64,000 bases of DNA from an uncultured bacterium (GTDB lineage: Bacteria > Babelota > Babeliae > Babelales > Vermiphilaceae): NCBI GenBank assembly GCA_963702025.1, contig OY969699.1, forward strand, positions 992,001 through 1,056,000, given 5' to 3'. Each line of letters opens with the position of its first letter. Position 1 is the first letter of the stretch. This document shows, piece after piece, positions 49,772-58,935 of the stretch. The notes under the pieces are model-generated. The model had not been told where the DNA came from, ran no database searches, and worked only from the letters and a program-made list of their open reading frames with translations. The translations under genes were made by a program, and so were the position numbers.

Positions 49772-49801
49772 AATGGTCCTCCAAATAATGGTTAATATTT
49801 T

Positions 49802-50770
49802 TTACTCAATTTTTTTAACTGTTTCATTATTTCTTAATAATTTTATGAAAATATCATCGCTTGGATATGGCAGGTCATGTGCAATACTCATCGCTGTTTG
49901 GCCATCGTTGGTGATAATCTGGGCATCCGCACCATGTACAAGAAGTAATTGCGCAGCCGGCACATTTTCATTATAAATAGCGTTCATTAACAAGGTATAG
50001 GAAGTTTGAGGGTCCTTAAGATTTGGATTACCCCCAGCGGCCAGAAGCAAATCTAAATACCGTGTGTCGTTGACATCTGTTGCCAGAATAAGCAATGGTT
50101 TTTGATAATGATCATTGCCCATCATATTTGGATCGGCGCCCGCTGCTAGCAGATTTTTGCATTGTGCGTACCAGTCATACTGTTTTGTGCTATTTTTGAA
50201 GGTATTAAATAATTCAAAAAGGTGCTCAGATAATTTGTTTTTGCAAAATTGTGGTGAATATACTTGAGCAACAACTTTCCATCCATTTAAAAATACTGCA
50301 TCATTAACTGTCAAAAGACCATATTTCAATTGCCAAAGAATTGCTTTTTTATGGTGCGGCTCTTGAATGAATTTCTTAAGCCATTCCATTGCGTGAGCAT
50401 TATTCAGTGAGAGAGCCATTAATATTTTTGATTCCGGTTTTGGCCTGTTATTAATAATACGTGAGATGAAATAATTAGTGTTAACCAAGCCGCGTATTTT
50501 CTTATTGGTTAGCTCTATAGATTTTAAGTTGTTTAATGCTTCGTTCGTGGTTTTTCCGATTGCGCCATATTCAAATATCAGCAGTAATAATTCATTCGGA
50601 AGTTGGAATAAGTAGCTTTCTGGAGCTTTATTTTCTTCGTAACAAGTTGTTTCAACCTTCTCAAGTATAGGTTTTTCCATGCTTACAAGGACATAGTTGC
50701 TGCAAAGGGCAAAGAGTGATATCAGCATCTTACAAGATTTGAATAGTCTATTCATAATAAATTTCTCCAT
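49802..50770 (-). CDS. Secreted F-box plus ankyrin-repeat protein
   Basis: YLFQLPNELLLLIFEY...L.SIELTNKK F-box-like motif; three to four ankyrin repeats. Confidence 0.85.
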   Translation of the reverse strand: MEKFIMNRLFKSCKMLISLFALCSNYVLVSMEKPILEKVETTCYEENKAPESYLFQLPNELLLLIFEYGAIGKTTNEALNNLKSIELTNKKIRGLVNTNYFISRIINNRPKPESKILMALSLNNAHAMEWLKKFIQEPHHKKAILWQLKYGLLTVNDAVFLNGWKVVAQVYSPQFCKNKLSEHLFELFNTFKNSTKQYDWYAQCKNLLAAGADPNMMGNDHYQKPLLILATDVNDTRYLDLLLAAGGNPNLKDPQTSYTLLMNAIYNENVPAAQLLLVHGADAQIITNDGQTAMSIAHDLPYPSDDIFIKLLRNNETVKKIE

Positions 50771-50904
50771 TTAGTAGTTTTATCTGTATTTAATATCTAT
50801 TCTAAAGAAAAAAATACAAATTGCAATATTATGCATTGAAGTCGCTTAGGATTGGATAGGGTATTTGAGTGTGTATTTTGAGAGGTTTTAGGAGAAGGGG
50901 CATT

Positions 50905-50934
50905 AAAAAAGGCCCTCAAAAGAGAGCCTTTTTT
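50905..50934 (-). terminator. Intrinsic terminator-like hairpin
   Basis: AAAAAAGGC(C)CTC-AAAA-GAG(A)GCCTTTTTT with A/T tails, downstream of 50997..51479. Confidence 0.6.
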
Positions 50935-50951
50935 GAACATTTCTAATTATC

Positions 50952-50987
50952 TCTCGACTCGCATGAATGCTCGCTCGAGACGAACGG
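50952..50987 (-). repeat. REP-like hairpin repeat
   Basis: Reverse complement CCGTTCGTCTCGAG-hairpin-TCGAGA fits the family at 13673, 54654, 54686, 59338 and 59406. Confidence 0.65.
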
Positions 50988-50996
50988 AAGGAGGCC

Positions 50997-51479
50997 TTAG
51001 TTCATCATATTTTTGGTTGGTTTCCACCGTTTCAAGAGTTCTTTAAAGAGTAACTCTTGAGCATTCGCTTGTGGATACATTTCTGATTTGGCGGTCGCTT
51101 TTTCCAAGCTTGAGCGCACTGTGGCGTCATCACATACCTTTGAATCGATATGATCAACAGTTGGCATCAAATTCTTTTCTACTGCTCGTTGCGCCGCTTG
51201 TTCTTTAATAGATTCGATAAGCAGTGTTTCAAGCATGCTAAAAAATTCAATAATGCTGTGTTGTATCTCTTCAATCATCTCAGGATCAGCATTCACATCA
51301 CCCAGTTGTTCAAACTGTTTGATGTCCTCTTTTAATCCTGAGGCAAGAGCCTTGGATACCATTTTTTTTATTTTTTCGACATCATTTTCTAAAAGCCAAC
51401 GGAGCAAGCATAATAATTCATATGAAATTACAAATTGCTGCGCTTGGTTATTATTGCTATTAAATGAATCATTGTTCAT
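50997..51479 (-). CDS. Hypothetical cytoplasmic protein
   Basis: 160-aa ORF without signal peptide, downstream of hspR-like gene. Confidence 0.7.
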   Translation of the reverse strand: MNNDSFNSNNNQAQQFVISYELLCLLRWLLENDVEKIKKMVSKALASGLKEDIKQFEQLGDVNADPEMIEEIQHSIIEFFSMLETLLIESIKEQAAQRAVEKNLMPTVDHIDSKVCDDATVRSSLEKATAKSEMYPQANAQELLFKELLKRWKPTKNMMN

Positions 51480-51608
51480 ACCGCGGGTCCCTTTCCTTGG
51501 TTTTTTTGGTAACCTGATATCCCTGTATATCCTAGCTCTAACAATTTTAACAGGTCTTTAAAATAATTTTAACGAAGTTATTTAATAGTGCCTATAAGGG
51601 AGCGATTT

Positions 51609-52106
51609 TTATTCGTCATATTCGATTTCCCAGTCATCTGCTTCAAAGATTTTGCTTTGTGCTTCAGGATTCTGCTTGGTAGATGCTGGTTTAATCTGTT
51701 CCTGAGTGCTTACTGCTACATCTATGGCACTGTTGTTTTTAATTTTCATCAACTGTTTTGCCGCCGTGGAAACCACCTCTTTTGACTGTTCAATTTCCTG
51801 ATCAAGTTCTTTTTGTGATGTTTCAAAAATCTTGTTCATCTCTTTTTGCATCTTGCTCATCTGTTTTTTGAGCTTAAAAATCATCTGGACACCAGCTAAA
51901 TTAACCCCTAGTTGATGGGTTAAATAGATGATTTCTTCCAATTTATCTACATCTTCTTCAGAAAAAAGTCTGGTATTGCCCATCGATCGCTTGGGGTTAA
52001 TAAGACCTTCTTTCTCATACAAGCGGATCGTTTGCTGATGTACGGAAAACATCTTAGCAACTGCCGAAATGGAAAAATAACCTTTTTTTCTTTTTAACAT
52101 ATTCAT
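51609..52106 (-). CDS. hspR: MerR-family regulator, HspR-like
   Basis: FSISAVAKMFSVHQQTIRLYEKEGLINPKRS.GNTRLFSEED...LT..LGVNLAGV. Confidence 0.8.
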   Translation of the reverse strand: MNMLKRKKGYFSISAVAKMFSVHQQTIRLYEKEGLINPKRSMGNTRLFSEEDVDKLEEIIYLTHQLGVNLAGVQMIFKLKKQMSKMQKEMNKIFETSQKELDQEIEQSKEVVSTAAKQLMKIKNNSAIDVAVSTQEQIKPASTKQNPEAQSKIFEADDWEIEYDE

Positions 52107-52238
52107 GGCAAAACCCTTTTAAAGGTTCCTGAATGGCCGGTTTAGTACTCATTTTCTGAATTTACCTAAGTATAGCATAACAAGCAACTTTTTGAATGAC
52201 CCCATAAAAGGGGGGGTTCCATGTGTCATATAAAAAAA

Positions 52239-52266
52239 TTGACAAACTGAATATTTTTGGCATAAT
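52239..52266 (+). promoter_or_regulatory. Candidate sigma70 promoter
   Basis: TTGACA-16-CATAAT with TG extension, upstream of the GGAGG RBS of 52287. Confidence 0.5.
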
Positions 52267-52286
52267 CAGAGTAATGGAGGTTTTTT

Positions 52287-53135
52287 ATGAAGAAGATAAT
52301 AATAGCCCTTTTAATAGGGGCATTTCTGACGATTTCAGGTAGTTTGGTCCTCAACAGCCAATTTGGCCCAAAAAAGGCTGTTTTTAGCCCTTTTAAGGGG
52401 TCAAAAATGGCTCAAGAGCTCTTTTTGGAAAGAAAGGCGATACATGACCATTGTTTGCTCAAAATCAAGGAAGAATTTAATATTCCCGAAGGATCATGGC
52501 ATGATCTGATAGAATCGCATTTTAAGGGCTTGGTTGAAACAGATGATTTGATGGGTGCTAGCACCCATCCTGCTAATTCTCAAGATCCTTCAATTGTTGC
52601 TTTTGCCAAGCAGGCATTGGTTGACTATGGGGTGAATCCCCATAAAGTTGCCATACGCTTGGTGGCCAAATCAGGGAGCCCATGCAGGGCAGTGCAAGAA
52701 ATTGTCTATGGGTCCAACAACAAAAATACGATTGCGCATCGTCTCGATATCAATGAGCGATGGGTAACTCAATACCCGCAAGCAATGCAACAGGCATTTA
52801 TTCGCCACGAAATTATCCACTTAATTCATTACGATTCTTTGGAGGGTGGTCATATTATTGCTCTGTTAAATCAACTTGGGTTGCAAGAAGCCGATTATGC
52901 GCATAAACAATCAATTGTTGAATATCGCCATCAGCGGGAAATGCGCGCCGATATTTTATCATTGTGCGATTATTGCGCGGCAGCAAAAGCAGCACAAGAC
53001 TATTTTGATGCAGCAATGAAAAAAGACCCCAAACAAGATGATCCACAATTATGGTTAACCCATCCGTCGGATAAAAAACGGCATGAACAAATAACGCAAT
53101 TATTGGCAAAGAATAATACAATTACTCTTGCCTAA
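52287..53135 (+). CDS. M48-like zinc metallopeptidase
   Basis: AFIRHEIIH (HExxH), REMRAD, THPS; N-terminal anchor. Confidence 0.75.
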   Translation: MKKIIIALLIGAFLTISGSLVLNSQFGPKKAVFSPFKGSKMAQELFLERKAIHDHCLLKIKEEFNIPEGSWHDLIESHFKGLVETDDLMGASTHPANSQDPSIVAFAKQALVDYGVNPHKVAIRLVAKSGSPCRAVQEIVYGSNNKNTIAHRLDINERWVTQYPQAMQQAFIRHEIIHLIHYDSLEGGHIIALLNQLGLQEADYAHKQSIVEYRHQREMRADILSLCDYCAAAKAAQDYFDAAMKKDPKQDDPQLWLTHPSDKKRHEQITQLLAKNNTITLA

Positions 53136-54634
53136 ATTGGCATAGTTCCACGGGCTGCCATTCTTCCCTCAAGAATGGCAGTAACCACTTCATGGGCGTC
53201 CGGCTCATCATCATAAGCAACAATTACACAATCCGCGTATTCTTTGATAAGTTCAACCGCGTATGGTGAACCATAAAGAACAACCGTTATTTTTTTGCCT
53301 TCGTTGTGCAACTTTTTAATAAGCTTCAATGTTTCGGGTAAAATACCAAAATGAAGATGCTTTAATTTATTCATACCGATCAGAGAAATAACCTGATCCG
53401 CATCACTTGGGTTGCCAAGGCGATTATAGGCAATGGTTACCGCGTTTCTATAAATCTCTTTTTTAAGGTTTTTTGTTTGTTCAATAAGTTCCGGCCATGA
53501 TGGCAACTCATTTTTTGGTGTGCCATACTTTTCTTTCATTCTCAACACGCGAAGCACTTTTTCATCAATAGCCTCTTGAGCTAATCTGCCGCTTTCTACT
53601 GCGCGAACAATATACGCGATAATATGCGGAATTGGCATTCTTTTATTAGCGGGGCAAAGAAGCACATCAACACCTGCTTCCAGCGCTTTAACTTCCAATT
53701 CTCCCGCCTGATGATGATCAGAAATTCCTTTCATGCCGATGCCATCGGTCATTATTATACCCTTAAAGCCAAGTTCTTCTCGTAATAAATGAGTAATAAT
53801 ATTTGCTGATAACGTGGCAGGAATTTTTGGATTGGGTTCCAATTTTGGCATTTGGATGTGTGCCGTCATAATTGCCGGCACATTTGCGCTAATTGCGGCA
53901 CGGAACGGCACCAGTTCAATGGCGTCTAAGCGTTCGCGCTCGTGAAACATAACGGGCAATGCATAATGAGAATCGGTATTGGTATCACCATGGCCGGGAA
54001 AATGTTTTGCGCAGGATGCAACCCGTGCCCGCTCCAAACCACGTATGTAGGCCACCACCATTTGTGCAACTCTATCAGGATATGCGCCAAAGGAGCGGAT
54101 ATTAATTACCGGATTATCCGGATTATTATTAACATCGGCCACGGGTGCCAAATTCATATGAACGCCTAATTTTTGTAACAAGAGCCCAACCAGATAACCG
54201 TATTCTTCTACCAAAGCTGGATCGGGCAATGCGCCGAGCGTCATGTGATGCGGCAGTTTTAACTCGAGCGGTAAATTTTGCAGACGCATGGCTGGCCATT
54301 CCGCGTCAAGGGCAATAAGCAGCGGATCTTTACTCAGGCTTTGAAAACGTGCTGCGGTTGCCGATACATCGTAGGCTATGCAGGCGCCCAAAAATAGTAT
54401 GCCGCCAATATCATGCAGGGTAATTAGTTCTTCAATATGTGGCATATCCATGCGATATGATGAGGTGGCCATAAATTCTTGGTTGTATGCTTCATTGCAT
54501 ACCGCTGCGGCGATAATTAATTGGGCAACTTTTTGCGGGAGCGTTAAGTGTGCCAGTTTTTCTTCCGGCGTTTGCGCAGGTAACAATGGGACGAGGGTTA
54601 CTAGCATTATAATGATATTTTTTTTTCGTAGCAT
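53132..54634 (-). CDS. nagZ: GH3 beta-N-acetylglucosaminidase (NagZ-like), secreted
   Basis: LAPVADVN, RSFG, KHFPGHGDTNTDSH, IMTAH, IMTD. Confidence 0.85.
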   Translation of the reverse strand: MLRKKNIIIMLVTLVPLLPAQTPEEKLAHLTLPQKVAQLIIAAAVCNEAYNQEFMATSSYRMDMPHIEELITLHDIGGILFLGACIAYDVSATAARFQSLSKDPLLIALDAEWPAMRLQNLPLELKLPHHMTLGALPDPALVEEYGYLVGLLLQKLGVHMNLAPVADVNNNPDNPVINIRSFGAYPDRVAQMVVAYIRGLERARVASCAKHFPGHGDTNTDSHYALPVMFHERERLDAIELVPFRAAISANVPAIMTAHIQMPKLEPNPKIPATLSANIITHLLREELGFKGIIMTDGIGMKGISDHHQAGELEVKALEAGVDVLLCPANKRMPIPHIIAYIVRAVESGRLAQEAIDEKVLRVLRMKEKYGTPKNELPSWPELIEQTKNLKKEIYRNAVTIAYNRLGNPSDADQVISLIGMNKLKHLHFGILPETLKLIKKLHNEGKKITVVLYGSPYAVELIKEYADCVIVAYDDEPDAHEVVTAILEGRMAARGTMPI

Positions 54635-54653
54635 GACGGGTATCCTTTTTTAA

Positions 54654-54728
54654 TGCTTCGACGGGCTCAGCACGAACGGACTCACCCGTTCGCCCTGAGT
54701 AGAAATCGAAAGATTTCGTATCGAAGGG
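54654..54728. repeat. Inverted pair of REP-like hairpin repeats
   Basis: TGCTTCGACGGGCTCAGCACGAACGG followed by CCGTTCGCCCTGAG-hairpin-TCGAAGGG. Confidence 0.75.
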
Positions 54729-54819
54729 TCAACTTTTTTCCTTTGCCAATCATAATTCATTTGCTATCATGTAACCATTTTGAAATAGTTTGTTCAAGAT
54801 GTTTTTGCACAAGGAAATA

Positions 54820-55152
54820 ATGTACAGAGTAATGTTGTGTGTCGGAGCTTTATTTTTTAATAGTATTTGTACAATGGAACGTAGCCATTCAATGATAACA
54901 AGATCTCGCGCACGGGTTTTGGAAGAAATGCGTGTTCGGCACGAGAGAAATGAGTTTAAAGAAGAAGTTATCTCTCGTTTCTATAGAACCGCGGGTCTTG
55001 GAATAGTAAGCGTGTGCTGTTTTGGAGGCGCAGAATCAATGGATAGCATAGCGTTAAAGGTATGCTTGGGGTGCGTGGCTTGTGCGTGTGGGCAATTGAG
55101 CTTGATAAGTGGTATGCTCACGGTGAGAGATTATCAGAAATGCAAAGAATAG
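54820..55152 (+). CDS. Array member 1: small exported Cys-rich hydrophobic-hairpin protein
   Basis: Signal ending ICT-ME; VSVCCFGG and VCLGCVACACG segments; basic tail. Confidence 0.7.
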   Translation: MYRVMLCVGALFFNSICTMERSHSMITRSRARVLEEMRVRHERNEFKEEVISRFYRTAGLGIVSVCCFGGAESMDSIALKVCLGCVACACGQLSLISGMLTVRDYQKCKE

Positions 55153-55234
55153 GGCGGTACCCTTGTTGCAAAAAGAAAGTCCAAAGCGTTTTGAGTTACC
55201 TTTGTTGTTATGCCGACCAAAAGGAGAACGTTGA

Positions 55235-55765
55235 ATGATATTTGTAATGCTACTCTGTGTTTTTAGCGCTATCACTGCGATGGAGCAACCATCTCAACAT
55301 GAGAAGGGCAAAGCTCTTTTGCATTATAAAAAGGCGCGTGATGCATGGTTTGATTGTGCTTGGGACTCTTTTTATTATCGTGAAAAAGATGACGATGGTC
55401 GCGAAACAATGTTTTGCGCAAGAAAGAATCAATATGAAACCTGGCTTGCGGGAAATCGGAGTCGCATTAAGACCGAATGTATTTGTATAGCGTTAACCTC
55501 GGTCGCAACCATTTGTTGTATAAGTTACTTATTGTCAGAAAATATTACCGATAATTCTCAAGAAGTTTGTAGAAATTTTTCTTTAACAGATTGCTTATGT
55601 TGCTGGGGAGCTACTCTTTGTCCGGTAGAGTGTTATCTGAGCGTTCGCAATCTCTGTGATACATGTAAAGAAAAAAAATCAACTAAAACTTTATTGTGTG
55701 ACTATGAAAAAATTGAACAATTAAGGCCGGTCGAGGTTATAATTCAAAAGATGCACAATGAATAG
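55235..55765 (+). CDS. Array member 2: exported Cys-rich hydrophobic-hairpin protein
   Basis: Signal ending ITA-ME; ECICIAL..ICCI and DCLCCWGATLCPVEC. Confidence 0.7.
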   Translation: MIFVMLLCVFSAITAMEQPSQHEKGKALLHYKKARDAWFDCAWDSFYYREKDDDGRETMFCARKNQYETWLAGNRSRIKTECICIALTSVATICCISYLLSENITDNSQEVCRNFSLTDCLCCWGATLCPVECYLSVRNLCDTCKEKKSTKTLLCDYEKIEQLRPVEVIIQKMHNE

Positions 55766-55796
55766 AGCAGAGTCATCTTTTGTTAAGGTATGGATA

Positions 55797-56171
55797 ATGA
55801 AAAAATTTACTGTCTTTGGTCTTTTATTGTGTGGCATGGTGCACGCAATGAATGAGAAGATTACACATCGATTAGCAGAACGAGAAAAATGGGCAATTAC
55901 AGCGGGATTACGCGAACCGAGTGAAAGTGAACAAGAAAGAATGGAAATAGTGAAAGATCATGCAAAAACAATGAGCTGGCTCAGTGCAGGTAGTTTGTTG
56001 CTTGCCGCGACCTGCTTTGGTATTGGTGCGCAATCATATTCTGCAGAAACAAAACTGCTCACTTCTTTGTGTGGTGAAGTGTGCTGTTATTGTGGACTCG
56101 TCACGTGCGTGTGCGGATGTTGCAGTTGGCGTAAGTATCGGAATGAAAGACGAAGTTGGGGATATAAATAA
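55797..56171 (+). CDS. Array member 3
   Basis: Signal ending VHA-MN; LCGEVCCYCGLVTCVCGCCSWRKYR. Confidence 0.75.
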   Translation: MKKFTVFGLLLCGMVHAMNEKITHRLAEREKWAITAGLREPSESEQERMEIVKDHAKTMSWLSAGSLLLAATCFGIGAQSYSAETKLLTSLCGEVCCYCGLVTCVCGCCSWRKYRNERRSWGYK

Positions 56172-56554
56172 TGAAGAAACTATTTATGGTTTTTTTGTTG
56201 TTGCATTGCGCATTGAGCTGTGCCATGGCCGATAAAGACAGGAGAGAGCTCAGGGCAATATCTGAGCGGAGCAAGAATGAAGAAAAACAAGAAATCAAAA
56301 TATATGCGCTTCTCTCGGCAGTGTCTTTTTCTAGTACATTATTCGGCTTATACGAGTCACGCAACTTTTTAAGAACAATGTATGATAATGAAATGCAACA
56401 GCGGTGTTCGGTGCGCACTCAAAGTTCACTAAAAGATTCGCAGAGAGTGGTTGGCTGCATTGTTTGTGGTATAGTAACTTGTGTAGTCTGCTTGGGGCTC
56501 TGTGATCACTGTCAACGACATTGCAAATATAAGAAGGCACTCCGTGATTTATAA
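56171..56554 (+). CDS. Array member 4
   Basis: Signal ending SCA-MA; GCIVCGIVTCVVCLGLCDHCQRHCKYKK. Confidence 0.75.
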   Translation: MKKLFMVFLLLHCALSCAMADKDRRELRAISERSKNEEKQEIKIYALLSAVSFSSTLFGLYESRNFLRTMYDNEMQQRCSVRTQSSLKDSQRVVGCIVCGIVTCVVCLGLCDHCQRHCKYKKALRDL

Positions 56555-56987
56555 AACAATCTCATTTCTTTTTTTCTCAGTACTCATGATGAGTACACAA
56601 GGTATGGAAGAGGAAAAGCGAAAACAATTACAATGCAAAATAAACGAAGAGTGTTCGAATGCGGCTCGCGATAGAAAGAGACTCGAATTTAAAAAATATG
56701 CGGATTTCTATAAAGAAAATCGCAATACTATGCTTCTGTGGGGTTCGGGCACTGGTACAATAACGGCGGCATGTTCTTATGCGCTACGCGATATCTTTGG
56801 CAAAAGTTTGGAATTTTTAACTGCAGAACATCCCGAAATAGTGCCCCCAATCATGCTGGGGCCCAAAGAACAATGGGCTTGCATTTGCTGCGTATTTTGT
56901 GGACTTGGCACCGCTAGCTTTTGTTTTTTTGCATGGGAGGAGTGCCAGAAATATCGTGAACATGATAAAAAATATCATGAACAATAA
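56544..56987 (+). CDS. Array member 5 (probable GTG start)
   Basis: Signal ending TQG-ME; ACICCVFCGLGTASFCFFAWEECQKYREHDKKYHE. Confidence 0.7.
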   Translation: MIYKTISFLFFSVLMMSTQGMEEEKRKQLQCKINEECSNAARDRKRLEFKKYADFYKENRNTMLLWGSGTGTITAACSYALRDIFGKSLEFLTAEHPEIVPPIMLGPKEQWACICCVFCGLGTASFCFFAWEECQKYREHDKKYHEQ

Positions 56988-57020
56988 GCACCCTGCCCTC
57001 CTGCTGATTATGCACAAGTA

Positions 57021-57449
57021 ATGAGTAAGAGATTGTTATTACTTTTTTTGATATTGAAGTGCGCTTTGAGCAGTGCCATGACCAATGAAGAAGTGCAGCG
57101 GAAAAAAAGAGAAGCGCTTCAAAGAATTGACGAGAGAAATATAAGAAGAGCGCTGGTTGCCCGAGATATGGCGGATGACATAAAAGGTCTCAAACAAAAT
57201 ATAATCTTTGGTGGCTCCTCTTTGCTGGCAACAGTAGGATGTTTTTTTGTTGGACGTCAATCAGTACGATATTTTTATACTGGTATAATAGGGGACCAAT
57301 GTGCTGATGTAACGTTTATTCCTAGTACAGATGCCAATGCATTTTGTTGTGGTCTTTTATGTGGGCTAACAACATGTATTGGTTGCCTTCTGGTATGTGA
57401 TAATTGTCGACGATATAATAAACATAAAAAACGGTATCATGAAATCTAA
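57021..57449 (+). CDS. Array member 6
   Basis: Signal ending SSA-MT; FCCGLLCGLTTCIGCLLVCDNCRRYNKHKKRYHE. Confidence 0.75.
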   Translation: MSKRLLLLFLILKCALSSAMTNEEVQRKKREALQRIDERNIRRALVARDMADDIKGLKQNIIFGGSSLLATVGCFFVGRQSVRYFYTGIIGDQCADVTFIPSTDANAFCCGLLCGLTTCIGCLLVCDNCRRYNKHKKRYHEI

Positions 57450-57783
57450 TATTGGATTACTAATTCTCATTATCGGTATGCCACTACCGGCCATGAATAA
57501 TGAAAGACACTATGAAACACAACCGAATGTTGAATTTGCAAAATCATTTGTTCAAGGGTTAGTTCTCCTGGGGGCCGGCTCAAAATATTTCATAGTGGCA
57601 GATCGTAATCGCACAAAATATCGTTTACAAGAAAATGGTTCCCAGGCTTTTTCAGAAATATATTATGATGTTGGGCAGAAAGTGGCTTGTTGTTGCGGGA
57701 CTCTTCATTTTTGTTGCGCCTGTGGTATTTTTGGTTACGGATTGTATAAAAAACATGGTCGAAGGAATTTTCGTGAAGAATAA
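57439..57783 (+). CDS. Array member 7
   Basis: Signal ending LPA-MN; VACCCGTLHFCCACGIFGYGLYKKH. Confidence 0.7.
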   Translation: MKSNIGLLILIIGMPLPAMNNERHYETQPNVEFAKSFVQGLVLLGAGSKYFIVADRNRTKYRLQENGSQAFSEIYYDVGQKVACCCGTLHFCCACGIFGYGLYKKHGRRNFREE

Positions 57784-58189
57784 GATATTTGTATTACTTG
57801 CAATAACAACGATTAACGTGGGTGCAATGACAAGAAAAGAATTGCGCCTGCGGCATCAAGAACGTCAAGCACGAGAAAAAGTTCAACAAGCAGAAACAAT
57901 AAACTATGAGGAACATAAGGCACGCCAAAAAAATGAACAGTTTGAGATGCTAAAAACAGTTCTTTGTTTTGACGCAGCAACTGTAGCTGCCGGACTTGCT
58001 CTTATTAAATTTGGACCGAATTGCTATGAATTTCCGGCTCCTTGTGGCATAGGTTGCAGTTTGGTTTGCGCCGGATGCGTTACCGCGGGTGCATCAGTTG
58101 ATCATTATTTGTATGAATATAATCCAGAATATAAAGAATGTTGTGACAATGTACTTTGTGGTGGGCCACGCGCAAGTAAGCTGCAATAA
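57773..58189 (+). CDS. Array member 8 (probable GTG start)
   Basis: GAAGGA RBS; signal ending VGA-MT; PCGIGCSLVCAGCV. Confidence 0.7.
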   Translation: MKNKIFVLLAITTINVGAMTRKELRLRHQERQAREKVQQAETINYEEHKARQKNEQFEMLKTVLCFDAATVAAGLALIKFGPNCYEFPAPCGIGCSLVCAGCVTAGASVDHYLYEYNPEYKECCDNVLCGGPRASKLQ

Positions 58190-58242
58190 GATCTTTTTTT
58201 GATGATTATTTTGAAAACGTATAAATCTAAGGTAAAAACAGT

Positions 58243-58569
58243 ATGAAAAAACTACTATTTCTTTTATTGCTTTCTCTCTCATCATTTAATTGTCATGGCA
58301 TGGTAACGCGCAATCAAGTGCGTCAACGTATATTACAAAGTCAAAAAGTTCAACCGGCCACCTTTACCGATGAAAAAATAAAGGTGCATCTTTCTCGTAA
58401 TAGATTGGATGAGTGTCCCGATTGCGTAGACTTCACATCTTTAGCTGGCCTTGCTGGCTTGACTGCGGCATTTCTTTGCTGTGCTAGTGGTAATTCTACC
58501 GCCGGATACTACTTTGGATTGCCATCAGCCATCGCATTATGTACACAATTAGATGAATGTGGAGAATGA
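58243..58569 (+). CDS. Array member 9
   Basis: Signal ending CHG-MV; LAGLAGLTAAFLCCASG...YYFGLPSAIALC hairpin. Confidence 0.7.
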   Translation: MKKLLFLLLLSLSSFNCHGMVTRNQVRQRILQSQKVQPATFTDEKIKVHLSRNRLDECPDCVDFTSLAGLAGLTAAFLCCASGNSTAGYYFGLPSAIALCTQLDECGE

Positions 58570-58573
58570 GGCG

Positions 58574-58861
58574 ATGATTGGCTTACGGATGCTCTTTTGT
58601 GTTCTGTGCTTAGTAAGTTTGTCTTCATTTGGTATGGCGCCAGGCAATGGGCCCGGCAACCGTGCTCGAATAAGTCAGCTTAGGGCTAATTGCTATGCAG
58701 TGACGCTTATTACTCTCTGTAACGTGCTGATTTATTTTTCCGATAGATATGAATTTACCTATACAAGTCCACTATTGCTTGACGTTGGTTCTAAGATAGT
58801 TGGGTATAGTGCTATGGGCATTGCTTTGTGGGCAAGTATGGTTGCTCATAATGAGTTGTGA
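58574..58861 (+). CDS. Array member 10
   Basis: Signal ending SFG-MA; two hydrophobic segments, fewer Cys than other members. Confidence 0.6.
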   Translation: MIGLRMLFCVLCLVSLSSFGMAPGNGPGNRARISQLRANCYAVTLITLCNVLIYFSDRYEFTYTSPLLLDVGSKIVGYSAMGIALWASMVAHNEL

Positions 58862-58935
58862 TGATTTTGTTGATTTTTATTTGTGGTTTCGACTACAACT
58901 AGAATAACTAATAATTCACAAAAAGGAGTACCGGT

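Noticed and set aside
52107..52286. HAIR operator for the HspR-like regulator
   Set aside because: No CTTGAGT-N7-ACTCAAG-like inverted repeat found upstream, and no dnaK/dnaJ genes adjacent.
54820..58861. Cys-rich array as RiPP precursors, metallothioneins or zinc fingers
   Set aside because: Cys residues sit inside hydrophobic segments after Sec-type signals, spacing is not conserved, and no modification enzymes or transporter are adjacent.
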